Below are positions 27,786 through 37,994 of a stretch of 64,000 nt of DNA, one piece after another (positions within the stretch are counted from its first letter, which is position 1; the number at the start of each line of letters is the position of its first letter). Made by a program: the position numbers and the translations under genes. Below the pieces are notes generated by a model. It was not told the origin of the DNA and did no database searches. It saw only the letters and a program-made list of their open reading frames with translations. The stretch comes from an uncultured Gemmatimonadales bacterium (GTDB lineage: Bacteria; Gemmatimonadota; Gemmatimonadetes; Longimicrobiales; RSA9): the NCBI GenBank assembly GCA_963741945.1, contig CAVUKA010000001.1, positions 480,001 to 544,000 on the forward strand. The letters are read 5' to 3'.

Positions 27786-28057
27786 CAGCGCTCTCTCACG
27801 CTGGCGCGGATCTGCGCGTAAACGCGCTGGAGCAACCGGCCGGCCGCTTCATAGCGGAGCTGCTCGTCCGCCAGTGTCACCATCTCTCGCTCGACATCCA
27901 CGCCGCCGCCCTGCGCGGCCTGGAGGTCGCTGGCGAAGCTGCCGCTGGAAGCGTTCGCCACGCGTGCGGCCACCTGCCGGACGTTGCGGCTGCTCTCCGT
28001 GAGGCCCTGCCGCAGCATGGCGGGCGTGGTCCCGGCTCCGAAGATCCTCTTCAGCAT
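27785..28057 (-). CDS. flgB: Flagellar rod protein FlgB (short, 90 aa)
   Basis: RQVAARVANAS...VDVEREMVTLADEQLRYEAA; first gene of operon before flgC; start could be 28066/28069. Confidence 0.85.
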   Translation of the reverse strand: MLKRIFGAGTTPAMLRQGLTESSRNVRQVAARVANASSGSFASDLQAAQGGGVDVEREMVTLADEQLRYEAAGRLLQRVYAQIRASVRER

Positions 28058-28105
28058 TGGCCTCATCACCGCTGCATTCGTGTCGTGTGGTCGGCGGCGA
28101 GGCAG

Positions 28106-28120
28106 GCAATGCCCGTTCCA
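28106..28120 (-). promoter_or_regulatory. sigma54 promoter of flgB operon
   Basis: TGGAACGGGCATTGC on minus strand (GG-N10-GC). Confidence 0.85.
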
Positions 28121-28255
28121 ATCCCGGGCCGGGCGGTGAAGCGCGAGCTTCGATGCGGCGGATGGCGCGCAACGGCGCGGACTTTCGGGGTCGGGACGGG
28201 TCCGGCGATCAGGAGGGTGGCGGGCACACGGGGGGTCGTATGGGACTGCGGCGCC

Positions 28256-28292
28256 CGGTAGGATGTGCCGCCCGGGGGGGACAGCTTTGCCG
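28256..28292. promoter_or_regulatory. Paired CGGCA-N5-TGCCG-like enhancer sites for flgB promoter
   Basis: CGGTAGGATGTGCCG (28256-28270) and GGGACAGCTTTGCCG (28278-28292). Confidence 0.5.
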
Positions 28293-28347
28293 GTGGATGT
28301 CGATCCCGCGGGGCGGAAGCGCCGCGGAAGTGGGCCGGCGGCCCGGG

Positions 28348-29670
28348 TCAGCCGTTCAGTTTGTTGCGGAGCGTGCGGACACTGATCCCCAGGAGGCCGG
28401 CCGCGCGCGTGCGGTTGTTCCCGGTACGCTCCAGCGCCCGCTCGATGAGCACTCCCTCCATCTCCTGAAGGTTCAGCGTGTCCACCTGGGGCTCCATCCG
28501 GGACGGGCCACCGCCCAGGGAGAACGCCTCCGGCCCGATCACCGGGCTGGTGGACAGCACCACCGCCCGCTCGATGGCGTGCAGCAGCTCGCGAACGTTG
28601 CCCGGCCAATCATGATCCATGAGACGATCCATCGCCTGCGGTGTGATCCGTTCCACGGGCCGGCCTGTGTCCCGCGCCGACTCCCGGAGGAACCGATCCA
28701 CGAGCGCGGGGATGTCCTCCTTCCGCTCGCGCAGTGGCGGCACCGTGATGGGAACGACGGCGAGGCGGTAGTAGAGGTCCTCGCGGAAGTCCCCCTCCTT
28801 GACGGCTTCCTTGAGATCACGGTTCGTGGTGGCCAGCAGGCGCACGTCCACGCGCACGGGCGCGCTCCCACCCACGCGCTCGAACTCCCGCTCCTGGATC
28901 ACCCGCAGCAGCTTGGCCTGCAGATCCAGCCGCATCTCCGAGACCTCGTCCAGCAGCAGCGTGCCGCCATCCGCCCGCTCGAACGCGCCTTTGACCTGGC
29001 GCGTGGCCCCGGTGAACGCCCCCTTCTCGTGACCGAACAGCGTGCTCTCGATGAGCGTTTCCGGGAGCGCAGCGCAGTTCACCGAGATGAAGGAGCGCTC
29101 GGAGCGGTCCCCCGAGTTGTGGATGGCCCGCGCCACCAGCTCCTTCCCCGTTCCCGACTCGCCCTCGATCAGGATGGTGGAGCGGGTGCTCGCCACCGCG
29201 CGCACCAGCGAGAGCACCCGCTTCAGCGCCGCGCTCTCCCCCACGATGGTGCGCTCACGACGGAGCTCCTGGACCTCCTCCTTCAGGCGGCGATTCTCCT
29301 GCTTCAGCCGCCCCAGCTCCAGCGCCTGCTCCGTGGCGATCTCCAGCTCACGGATGTCGATCGGCTTCGTGATGTAGTCCGTGGCTCCGGCCTTCATCGC
29401 CGATACGGCGTTGTCAATGCTGCCATGACCGGTCACCAGGATCACCGGCAGTTCCAGACCGTCGCGACGGAGACGCGTAACGAGCTCGAGCCCGGTCATC
29501 TCCGGCATCAGGTGATCACTGATCACCAGGTCCACGTCCCCGCGCGCAAGGACCGTCAACCCCGCGGCGGCGTTGTTCACGCCGATCACGCGGTGATCGC
29601 TCCGATCCAGGATCTTCTCGTAGGTCTTGAGGACGGCGGGATCGTCATCCACGCAGAGGATGGTGGCCAT
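28348..29670 (-). CDS. sigma54-dependent NtrC-family response regulator (REC-AAA-HTH), probable flagellar activator (FlrC/FleR/FlgR-like)
   Basis: REC (VDDD, VISDHLMP), GESGTGKE, GHEKGAFTGA, LLLDEV, WPGNVREL, Fis-type HTH. Confidence 0.93.
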   Translation of the reverse strand: MATILCVDDDPAVLKTYEKILDRSDHRVIGVNNAAAGLTVLARGDVDLVISDHLMPEMTGLELVTRLRRDGLELPVILVTGHGSIDNAVSAMKAGATDYITKPIDIRELEIATEQALELGRLKQENRRLKEEVQELRRERTIVGESAALKRVLSLVRAVASTRSTILIEGESGTGKELVARAIHNSGDRSERSFISVNCAALPETLIESTLFGHEKGAFTGATRQVKGAFERADGGTLLLDEVSEMRLDLQAKLLRVIQEREFERVGGSAPVRVDVRLLATTNRDLKEAVKEGDFREDLYYRLAVVPITVPPLRERKEDIPALVDRFLRESARDTGRPVERITPQAMDRLMDHDWPGNVRELLHAIERAVVLSTSPVIGPEAFSLGGGPSRMEPQVDTLNLQEMEGVLIERALERTGNNRTRAAGLLGISVRTLRNKLNG

Positions 29671-29690
29671 TCGGCAGCGTCGCCGTTCGC

Positions 29691-29717
29691 TAAAGTTCAA
29701 CAGTGTCCGGTCGATAA
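29691..29717 (+). promoter_or_regulatory. sigma28 promoter for flgL-fliW
   Basis: TAAA-N15-GTCGATAA. Confidence 0.75.
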
Positions 29718-29872
29718 TGTCCTGCGCGAGCAAACTGAGTCGCACGACCCCGCGGTGCCATGGGGAGAAGTCCCATCGCCGGCGTGGGGAATTTCAGGAC
29801 TCGGACCGTGAGCAACGATTCACAAGCTAACCGGGGCCGCGAGCCGGCTGTACCCCGGGGGAAGGAATCACG

Positions 29873-30754
29873 GTGAGGATCACGAGCAACGCCATCCAGC
29901 AGCAGACGCTGGCCGCGCTCCGCGATGGAATGGCGGGGATGGCGGAGGCGCAGCAGCGCGTGGCCACGGGGCGGCGGCTGCAGAAGCCGTCGGACGACCC
30001 GGTGGCCGCCGCGGGCATTCTGCGGTCGGCGCGAGGGCTGCGGGCGCTGGATCAGTTCGCGCGCAACATCGACTCGGCGGACAGTCGGCTGTCGGCGGAG
30101 GAACAGAGCCTGGACCAGCTCACGAACCTGCTGACGCGGGCGAAGGAGCTGGCGACGGGGAGCCTGTCGGTGAGCGCGGACGCGAGCGCAATGGCCTCGG
30201 CCCGCTCCGAGGTGGAAGGGCTGCTGTCCGCTGCGATCGAGCAGGGGAACGCCCGGTTCGCGGGCGGCTACCTGTTCGGCGGTGCCACGGCCGACCGTCC
30301 CCCGTTCGCCGCGGACGGCTCGGTGGCGGCGGGGGCGAATCCTTCGGGCGACCACAAGGTGGACATCGGCGGGTCGAACTGGTTCGCCACGAACCACGAC
30401 GGCAAGGAGGCGTTCCTGGACACGGGGGTGTTCGCGGCGCTGGAGCAGCTGTCAGGCGCGCTGGGGCAGGAGTCGCAGGAGGGGATCGCGGACGCCATGA
30501 CCGCGCTGGACGGCGCGTTCTCGGGAGTGCAGGTGAAGCTGTCGGAAGTGGGCGCTCGCATGAACCGCCTGGACGTGGCGCGCGCGAACGTGGAAGCGCT
30601 GGACCTGAACCTGACCACGCTGCGGTCCGATCTCGAGGATGCGGACATGGAGCAGGCCGTTTCGGACCTGGTGAGCCGTCAGATCGCCTATCAGTCCGCC
30701 CTGCTGGCCACGTCGAAGATCCTTTCCACCACCCTCACCGACTACCTGCGATGA
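29873..30754 (+). CDS. flgL: Flagellar hook-associated protein FlgL
   Basis: MRITSN...VATGRRLQKPSDDPVAAA; GYLFGG; VGARMNRL...SDLEDADMEQA...TLTDYLR. Confidence 0.95.
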   Translation: MRITSNAIQQQTLAALRDGMAGMAEAQQRVATGRRLQKPSDDPVAAAGILRSARGLRALDQFARNIDSADSRLSAEEQSLDQLTNLLTRAKELATGSLSVSADASAMASARSEVEGLLSAAIEQGNARFAGGYLFGGATADRPPFAADGSVAAGANPSGDHKVDIGGSNWFATNHDGKEAFLDTGVFAALEQLSGALGQESQEGIADAMTALDGAFSGVQVKLSEVGARMNRLDVARANVEALDLNLTTLRSDLEDADMEQAVSDLVSRQIAYQSALLATSKILSTTLTDYLR

Positions 30755-31224
30755 ACGCCGCCGCGCTGCGCAACGAAGCCGTGCCTGGAGTTCGAGTGGA
30801 ATCCGAAGTGCTCGGACCCCTCACAGTGTCCGCCGACCATGTCCTGGACTTCCCGGATGGGGTGCTCGGGTTCCCCGACGCGCGTCGGTTCGTGCTGGTG
30901 GCCGCCGCGCGCGACGGCCTGTACTGGCTCCAGTCGACCGAGCACGCGTCGCTGGTCTTCCTCGTGCTCGATCCGTTCCTCCACTTTCCCGACTACGCCG
31001 TGGAGATCCCGGCCAGCAATGTGGCCGGGCTGAGCGCCGCGTCCCACGCCGATATCGCGATCTTCACCATCGTGACGCTCTCGGCCGGCGCGGACGTTCC
31101 GTGCACGGCGAACCTGCAGGGGCCGCTGGCCATCAACCTGTCCGGGGGAATCGGCAGACAGCTGGTGCTTCGGAATGGTGACCTGGGAGTGCGCAGGGCC
31201 GTGCAGCTGGAGCCGGCGGGCTGA
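30751..31224 (+). CDS. fliW: Flagellar assembly factor FliW
   Basis: FPDGVLGFP, YWLQS, FLVLDPFLHFPDY, TANLQGPLAIN, GRQLVL. Confidence 0.93.
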   Translation: MNAAALRNEAVPGVRVESEVLGPLTVSADHVLDFPDGVLGFPDARRFVLVAAARDGLYWLQSTEHASLVFLVLDPFLHFPDYAVEIPASNVAGLSAASHADIAIFTIVTLSAGADVPCTANLQGPLAINLSGGIGRQLVLRNGDLGVRRAVQLEPAG

Positions 31225-31239
31225 ACCGATCGCCTCGGG

Positions 31240-32754
<1,515 letters not shown>

Positions 32755-32765
<11 letters not shown>

Positions 32766-33141
32766 GGGGCGCCTCCACCATGAGGCTGATCTGCTCGCAC
32801 AGCAGCTCGGGCGTGAACGGCTTGTGGACGAACCCCTCGACTTTCGGCGTGAGCCGCGCGAGGCGCGTCTGCCCGCTCTCGGTGGAAACCACCAGGACCG
32901 GGATCTCACGGAGCTTCGGATCGGCGCGCATGCGGTCGATCAGCTCCTCGCCATCCATGACGGGCATGTTGATGTCCACGAGCGCCAGGTCGAACGACGA
33001 CCGGCCGAGCGCCCCCAGTGCCGCTTCGCCATCGGGCGCCTGTTCCACACGCTCCAGCGCCAGCCCGGTCAGCCGCAGCGTCCTGCAGATCAGCTGGCGC
33101 ATCACGGCGCTATCGTCTACCACCAGGACGTTCAGTCCCAT
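32755..33141 (-). CDS. cheY: Single-domain response regulator CheY
   Basis: [31 protein letters not shown]. Confidence 0.9.
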
Positions 33142-33151
33142 AGCGACCTTC

Positions 33152-33640
33152 CTAGATTGCCCACGTTTTCCCGCCCGATCGCACGGAGACTTCGCCCGTG
33201 CCAACATCGTAGATCAGGTCCCGGCTCCCGTTCCCGCCCACGTCCTGGGCCCGGATCAGGACGCCGTTCTTCCACAGGAGCTTTCGCAGCATTGTCATGT
33301 TGCGCCTGCCGATCTGGAAGGAGTCCGGCTCGCCGTCCTGGGCCCGCGATGCGCCACCCGCCACCTTCACGATCATCCGCTCCTTGCGCGCGCCCGCCCG
33401 GTAGCAGGCCAGGAAGAGCTCTGGTACGCCGGTGTCCACGAACATGGCGGGCTTTTCCCTGGCCTTCTCCTCGTTGATCGCGGAGGTTGGCATCATCACG
33501 TGCAGCATGCCCCCCACGCGGGCCTGCGGGTCGTGGGCGACAATGCCGAGACAGCTGCCGAGCGCGTGCGTGACCAGCAGGTCCCCCGCGGACCCCACGG
33601 CCATGTCGGCAATGCCGACCACCACTCGCGTGGCGATCAT
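33152..33640 (-). CDS. cheD: Chemoreceptor glutamine deamidase CheD
   Basis: LGSCLGIV...GGMLHVMMP, KVAGGA, IGRRN, QDVGGNGSR. Confidence 0.95.
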   Translation of the reverse strand: MIATRVVVGIADMAVGSAGDLLVTHALGSCLGIVAHDPQARVGGMLHVMMPTSAINEEKAREKPAMFVDTGVPELFLACYRAGARKERMIVKVAGGASRAQDGEPDSFQIGRRNMTMLRKLLWKNGVLIRAQDVGGNGSRDLIYDVGTGEVSVRSGGKTWAI

Positions 33641-34449
33641 CGGCGGTAGACCGCCGGCCGCACGTAGGCGAACGGATGGCTCAGGCCCGTCAGGCTCTCG
33701 GAATGGCCTACGTAGAGGAGCCCCCCATCACGGAGCATCCCGTGGAAGCGCGCGACCAGGCGCTCGCGCACTTCCCGATCGAAATAGATCATGACGTTCC
33801 GGCAGAAGATGACGTCGAACGGCCCCTTCATCGGCCACGCGGCCACCAGGTTCAGGCGCGCGAACGTCACCAGGGAGCGGAGCGCGTCGCGGGCCGCGTA
33901 CAGCCCGGCGGCGGTGCGCTCGAAATAGCGGTCGAGGAGCGGTCCGGGGACATCGCCCATGACACCGGCGGAATACTCGCCGCGCATGGCCAGCTGGAGC
34001 GCCCGCCCGGAGATGTCCGTGGCCAGGATCCTGGCATCGCGCAGCACCGGCTCGCCGAGGTGCTCCCGCAGGAGCATGGCCAGCGTGTACGGCTCCTCGC
34101 CCGTGGAACAGCCTGCGCTCCAGATACGGACGCGCCCGCGCCCGGCCAGCTCCGGCAGCGCGGAGGCCAGCAGGTGATCGTAGTGGGCGGACTCACGAAA
34201 GAAGCTGGTCTTGTTCGTGGTCAGGGCATCGATCATCGCCCGGAGCTCCTCCCCCGTCTCGTCCTGCTCGACCCGCTCCAGGTAGGCGGGGAATCCATCG
34301 AGCCCGAGCAGCCGCAGCCGCTTCGATAGCCGCGACTTCACCAGCGTCTCCTTCCCCGCTGGCAGCCGGATCCCGGCCACGTCCCGCATCGTGTCGCTGA
34401 TCCGCTCGAACAGGGCGGGCGACAGATCCAGCGACGGGTAACCAAGCAT
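33637..34449 (-). CDS. cheR: Chemotaxis methyltransferase CheR
   Basis: LTTNKTSFFRE, WSAGCSTGEEPYTLAM, FCRNVMIYFD, GHSESL. Confidence 0.97.
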   Translation of the reverse strand: MLGYPSLDLSPALFERISDTMRDVAGIRLPAGKETLVKSRLSKRLRLLGLDGFPAYLERVEQDETGEELRAMIDALTTNKTSFFRESAHYDHLLASALPELAGRGRVRIWSAGCSTGEEPYTLAMLLREHLGEPVLRDARILATDISGRALQLAMRGEYSAGVMGDVPGPLLDRYFERTAAGLYAARDALRSLVTFARLNLVAAWPMKGPFDVIFCRNVMIYFDREVRERLVARFHGMLRDGGLLYVGHSESLTGLSHPFAYVRPAVYRR

Positions 34450-34494
34450 GCATCTCCTCCGGTACGCCGGGCGAACCCCTGGTCTCAGGACGAA

Positions 34495-34522
34495 TTCTCG
34501 GACGCGGCCGCGCCAGACTTTA
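34495..34522 (-). promoter_or_regulatory. Probable sigma28 promoter for cheR-D-Y-X-B
   Basis: TAAA-N16-TCCGAGAA on minus strand. Confidence 0.5.
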
Positions 34523-34527
34523 GCCGG

Positions 34528-34956
34528 TCACCCGCGGCCGCGCGGACCGGAGTCCAGCAGCGCCGCGACATCCACCACCGAGAACACCCGATCGCCCTGG
34601 CGCACACATTCGACGACGAACGCGGCCGCCGGGCGCGCGGCCGCGTGGGGCCACTCCGCCGGCGGAGCCGGCTCCGCGGCGACCACTTCCACCGCGCGAT
34701 CCACCGCGAGCCCCGCCCGCCGCCCCCCGTGCTCCACGATTACCAGCGGGCCGGCGCCCGCGTCATGAGCGCGCGGCAGACGGAGCGCCAGCGCGAGATC
34801 GATCGTCGGCATCCCCGCGCCACCCTCTCCTGCGCCCCACCCTGACGGCCGATCGGCCGCGAGCCCCGGCCCGCCGGCGCGGATGCCGCGGACGTTGCTC
34901 AGCGGCAGCGCCAGCTCGACGTGTCCGAGCGTAACCACCAGGTACCGGCTTTTCAT
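34528..34956 (-). CDS. cheW: Divergent CheW-like protein
   Basis: YLVVTLGHVELALPLSNVRGI...PTIDLALAL...LVIVEHGGRRAGLAVDRAVEVV...VVDVAALL. Confidence 0.75.
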   Translation of the reverse strand: MKSRYLVVTLGHVELALPLSNVRGIRAGGPGLAADRPSGWGAGEGGAGMPTIDLALALRLPRAHDAGAGPLVIVEHGGRRAGLAVDRAVEVVAAEPAPPAEWPHAAARPAAAFVVECVRQGDRVFSVVDVAALLDSGPRGRG

Positions 34957-35042
34957 GGCGTGGCACCCCCTCCCCCGTCCCCGACGTTCGTCCGTCCCCG
35001 CGTCCCCCTCCATGTGAAGTTCGGCCCTCGGGCGGGGCGCGA

Positions 35043-35064
35043 CGTTAAGAACGCGTTAAGAACG
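35043..35064. promoter_or_regulatory. Perfect 11-bp direct repeat CGTTAAGAACG x2; OmpR-family (PmrA/QseB-like) binding site candidate
   Basis: One-helical-turn direct repeat in the divergent intergenic region upstream of an OmpR-family gene. Confidence 0.55.
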
Positions 35065-35078
35065 GCTTTCGCCCCGCC

Positions 35079-35105
35079 TCAGGTTTCGTCCGGCCGCCCC
35101 GATAC
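35079..35105 (+). promoter_or_regulatory. Possible sigma28 promoter for the OmpR regulator
   Basis: TCAG-N15-CCCGATAC. Confidence 0.35.
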
Positions 35106-35142
35106 TCTGAACGGGGAACACGACCACGCATGGAGGTGATGG

Positions 35143-35844
35143 ATGAGGGACGTTCGCGTGCTCGTTGTGGACGACGACCGCGCCATCGCGCTCCTCGTCC
35201 AGCGGGCGCTGGAGGAGGAGGGGATCCATGCCGGCACCGCACACTCCATGGCGGAGGCGGAGCGGGAGCTCGCGGAACAGGACTACGACCTGGCCATCCT
35301 CGACATCGTGCTGCCCGATGGGAGCGGACTCGACATCCTCCGGCATCTGCGTGCACGGAACCGCGCCGTGCTCGTGCTTCTGCTCACGGTCCGGCGCAGG
35401 GAGTCGGAAGTGGTGGAAGCGCTCGACGCGGGGGCGGACGATCACCTGGGGAAGCCGTTCTCCATAGCCGAGCTGAAAGCGCGGGTGCGGGCGCTCCTCC
35501 GGCGGCGGGGCGATGGGAGTCTGACCCCGCTCGAGTTCCAAGGGGTCCGGGTGGAGCGCGCGTCGCACGGGGTCCGGGTCAACGGGGAGCCGGTCACGCT
35601 CACGCCCAGGGAGTTCGACCTTCTGGAGTACCTGCTGCGCCGGCCCAACCGGGTGGTCCCGCGCGAGGAGCTGCTGGAGAGCGTGTGGCGGATGGACTTC
35701 GACCCGGGCACCAACGTCATCGATGTCCACGTCTCGCATCTCAGGCGCAAGCTGAACCGCCACCGGGCCGCAGTCCGGATCCGCACGGAGCGCGGCGTCG
35801 GCTTCGCCGTGGGGCCCGCGCCGGGGCAGGCGACGCGGGGCTGA
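35143..35844 (+). CDS. OmpR/PhoB-family response regulator (orphan)
   Basis: REC (LDIVLPDGSG, GADDHLGKPF) plus winged helix (LTPREFDLLEYL, NVIDVHVSHLRRKL, IRTERGVGF). Confidence 0.95.
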   Translation: MRDVRVLVVDDDRAIALLVQRALEEEGIHAGTAHSMAEAERELAEQDYDLAILDIVLPDGSGLDILRHLRARNRAVLVLLLTVRRRESEVVEALDAGADDHLGKPFSIAELKARVRALLRRRGDGSLTPLEFQGVRVERASHGVRVNGEPVTLTPREFDLLEYLLRRPNRVVPREELLESVWRMDFDPGTNVIDVHVSHLRRKLNRHRAAVRIRTERGVGFAVGPAPGQATRG

Positions 35845-35850
35845 GCCGGC

Positions 35851-37479
35851 TCAGCCGTCGTCCAGCGTTCGCCGCACGGCCCGCAGCAGCTCCCGACCGG
35901 CGTAGGGTTTTCGCAGCAGCGGCGCGTCGCGAAGGCCGTGACGAACCAGCTCCTCACCCGGATAGCCCGACAGGAAGAGGGCCGGCACTCGCCCGCGGGT
36001 TTCCTCCAGCCGGGCGTGCAGGTCGGGCCCCGTCATTCCGGGCATGACCACATCGGAGAGCAGCAGGTCGATGGCATCGGCATACAGCGCGGCCAGATCC
36101 AGGGCATCCTCCCCCGCGGCCGCCGCGAGCACCTGGTAGCCGCTCTCCCGCAGCGCCCGCGTGGTCAGCGCCCGCAGCGGGTCCTCATCCTCCACGTACA
36201 GGATCGTCTCGCCCGTCGCCACGGCGTCGGCCAGGTCCTCGCCCTCGCTCGCCGCCTCGGGCGGCCCCGGCTCGAAGGCCGGGAGGAAGCAGCGGAAGCG
36301 GGAGCCGGCGCCCGGCCGGGTATCCACGGTGATGAAGCCGCCCGCATCCTGCACGATCCCGAAGACGGTGCTCAGACCCAGTCCCGTCCCGGCCGCCCCT
36401 TTCGTGCTGAAGAACGGATCGAAGATGTGGTCCAGGGTGTCCGGCTCCATGCCACAGCCGGTGTCGCCTACCGAAAGGACCACGTAGCGGCCGGGCGGGA
36501 TCTCGCCGAACGGATTGGGGAGCGGGGTGTCGAGCACGATCTCGTGCGTGGCGACCGTGATATCCCCACGCTCGCCCACGGCGTCGCGGGCATTGACCAG
36601 GAGGTTCATGACCACCTGCTCCAGGTGACCGGGATCGGCGCGCACGTGCCACCGGCCGCTCTCGAGTCGCGCCGTCAGGCGGACGGTCCGGGGGAGCAGC
36701 CGCCGGGCCATCTCCTGCATACGGACCACGCACTCCGTCAGACTGAGCAGCCGGGGGCTGGCCATGTCGCAGCGGCTGAACGTCAGGAGCTGGCGCGTGA
36801 GCCGCGCCGCGCGCTCCACGGCGTCCAGGATCCCGTCCACGTCGGAGCCCAGGCTGCCCTCCCCGGGGAGCGCCTTCGCCAGGTACTCCGCGTGGCCGCC
36901 GATCACGGTGAGAATGTTGTTGAAGTCGTGGGCCAGCCCGCCGGCCAGCCGGCCCACCGCCTCCATCTTCTGCGAGTGGCGGAGCTGCGCGTCCTTCTCC
37001 CGGAGCGTTCGCTCGAACTCCACCCGGTCGGTCACGTCGCGGGCCACCACGACCACCCCACCCACGGCCGGATGCGTCACGAGATTGCGCAGCACTGCCT
37101 CCATGTGCCGATGGCCGCCATCCGCATGGCGCATCCGGAGGACGATCCGGGCCGTGCGACCCGGGCACCCCAGCAACTGCGTGAACGTCTCCACGGCGCG
37201 GGGGACATCGGCCTCGTGCAACAGGCTGGCGAACCCGCGCTCGCCAGTGGAGCTCGCATCGTAGCCCAGGACCCGCTGCGCGGAAGGGCTGTGGTAGCGG
37301 ACCCGGCCGTCCGGTCGGAGCACGGCCAGGACCTCGGAGCCGTTCTCGATCAGCGCGCGGAAGTACTCCTCACCCCGCCGGAGCAGAGCCTGCGTCGCAG
37401 CCAGCTCCCGGACGCGGGCGCGGAGCTCGAGGTTGACCTGCTCCAGCTCCTCTGCGCCCGCCGTCCCGACGGTCCCCAC
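35851..37479 (-). CDS. PAS hybrid sensor histidine kinase (CckA-type, PAS-HisKA-HATPase-REC)
   Basis: [58 protein letters not shown] start with GGAG RBS. Confidence 0.92.
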   Translation of the reverse strand: MGTVGTAGAEELEQVNLELRARVRELAATQALLRRGEEYFRALIENGSEVLAVLRPDGRVRYHSPSAQRVLGYDASSTGERGFASLLHEADVPRAVETFTQLLGCPGRTARIVLRMRHADGGHRHMEAVLRNLVTHPAVGGVVVVARDVTDRVEFERTLREKDAQLRHSQKMEAVGRLAGGLAHDFNNILTVIGGHAEYLAKALPGEGSLGSDVDGILDAVERAARLTRQLLTFSRCDMASPRLLSLTECVVRMQEMARRLLPRTVRLTARLESGRWHVRADPGHLEQVVMNLLVNARDAVGERGDITVATHEIVLDTPLPNPFGEIPPGRYVVLSVGDTGCGMEPDTLDHIFDPFFSTKGAAGTGLGLSTVFGIVQDAGGFITVDTRPGAGSRFRCFLPAFEPGPPEAASEGEDLADAVATGETILYVEDEDPLRALTTRALRESGYQVLAAAAGEDALDLAALYADAIDLLLSDVVMPGMTGPDLHARLEETRGRVPALFLSGYPGEELVRHGLRDAPLLRKPYAGRELLRAVRRTLDDG

Positions 37480-37493
37480 GATCCAGACTCCCG

Positions 37494-37994
37494 TCAGGTG
37501 AGCGTCGCGAGCTCTTCCCTGGAGAGGACACGGTCGATGTCCACCAGGATGCGAACCCGGCTCCCCGTCTTCCCCATGCCGAGGATATAGTCCGTGTCGA
37601 TCTCGGCCCCGAACTCCGGCGCTTCCTCGATGTCGGCGTCCTCCAGGTCCACCACCTCGGAGACCCGATCCACCACCACGCCGAACTGCAGCCCGTGCGT
37701 CTGCACCACGATGATGCACGTCTGGTCGGTGTCTTCCACGGGCTCCATGCGGAACTTCTTCCGCAGGTCCACGATCGGGATCACCTTCCCGCGCAGGTTG
37801 ATCACCCCGCGCACGAAATCCGGCGTGCGCGGCACCCTGGTGATGGACATCAGGCCGATGATCTCCTGCACCTTCAGGATTTCCAGCCCGTACTCCTCCT
37901 CGCCGAGGAAGAAGGTCAGGAACTTGCCTCCCACGGCCGTGGCCGCGCTCTCCACCTGCTGCATGATATCCCCCATCACTCGAGTCGTGCTCAC
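37494..37994 (-). CDS. cheW: Chemotaxis coupling protein CheW
   Basis: FLTFFLGEEEYGLEILKVQEII...GVINLRGKVIPIVDLR. Confidence 0.96.
   Translation of the reverse strand: MSTTRVMGDIMQQVESAATAVGGKFLTFFLGEEEYGLEILKVQEIIGLMSITRVPRTPDFVRGVINLRGKVIPIVDLRKKFRMEPVEDTDQTCIIVVQTHGLQFGVVVDRVSEVVDLEDADIEEAPEFGAEIDTDYILGMGKTGSRVRILVDIDRVLSREELATLT

Noticed and set aside
89-28002. Many long plus-strand ORFs opposite the flagellar genes (e.g. 8892..11558, 16000..18561, 22235..24577)
   Set aside because: Antisense or shifted-frame shadows of well-supported genes in high-GC DNA; no motifs or RBS
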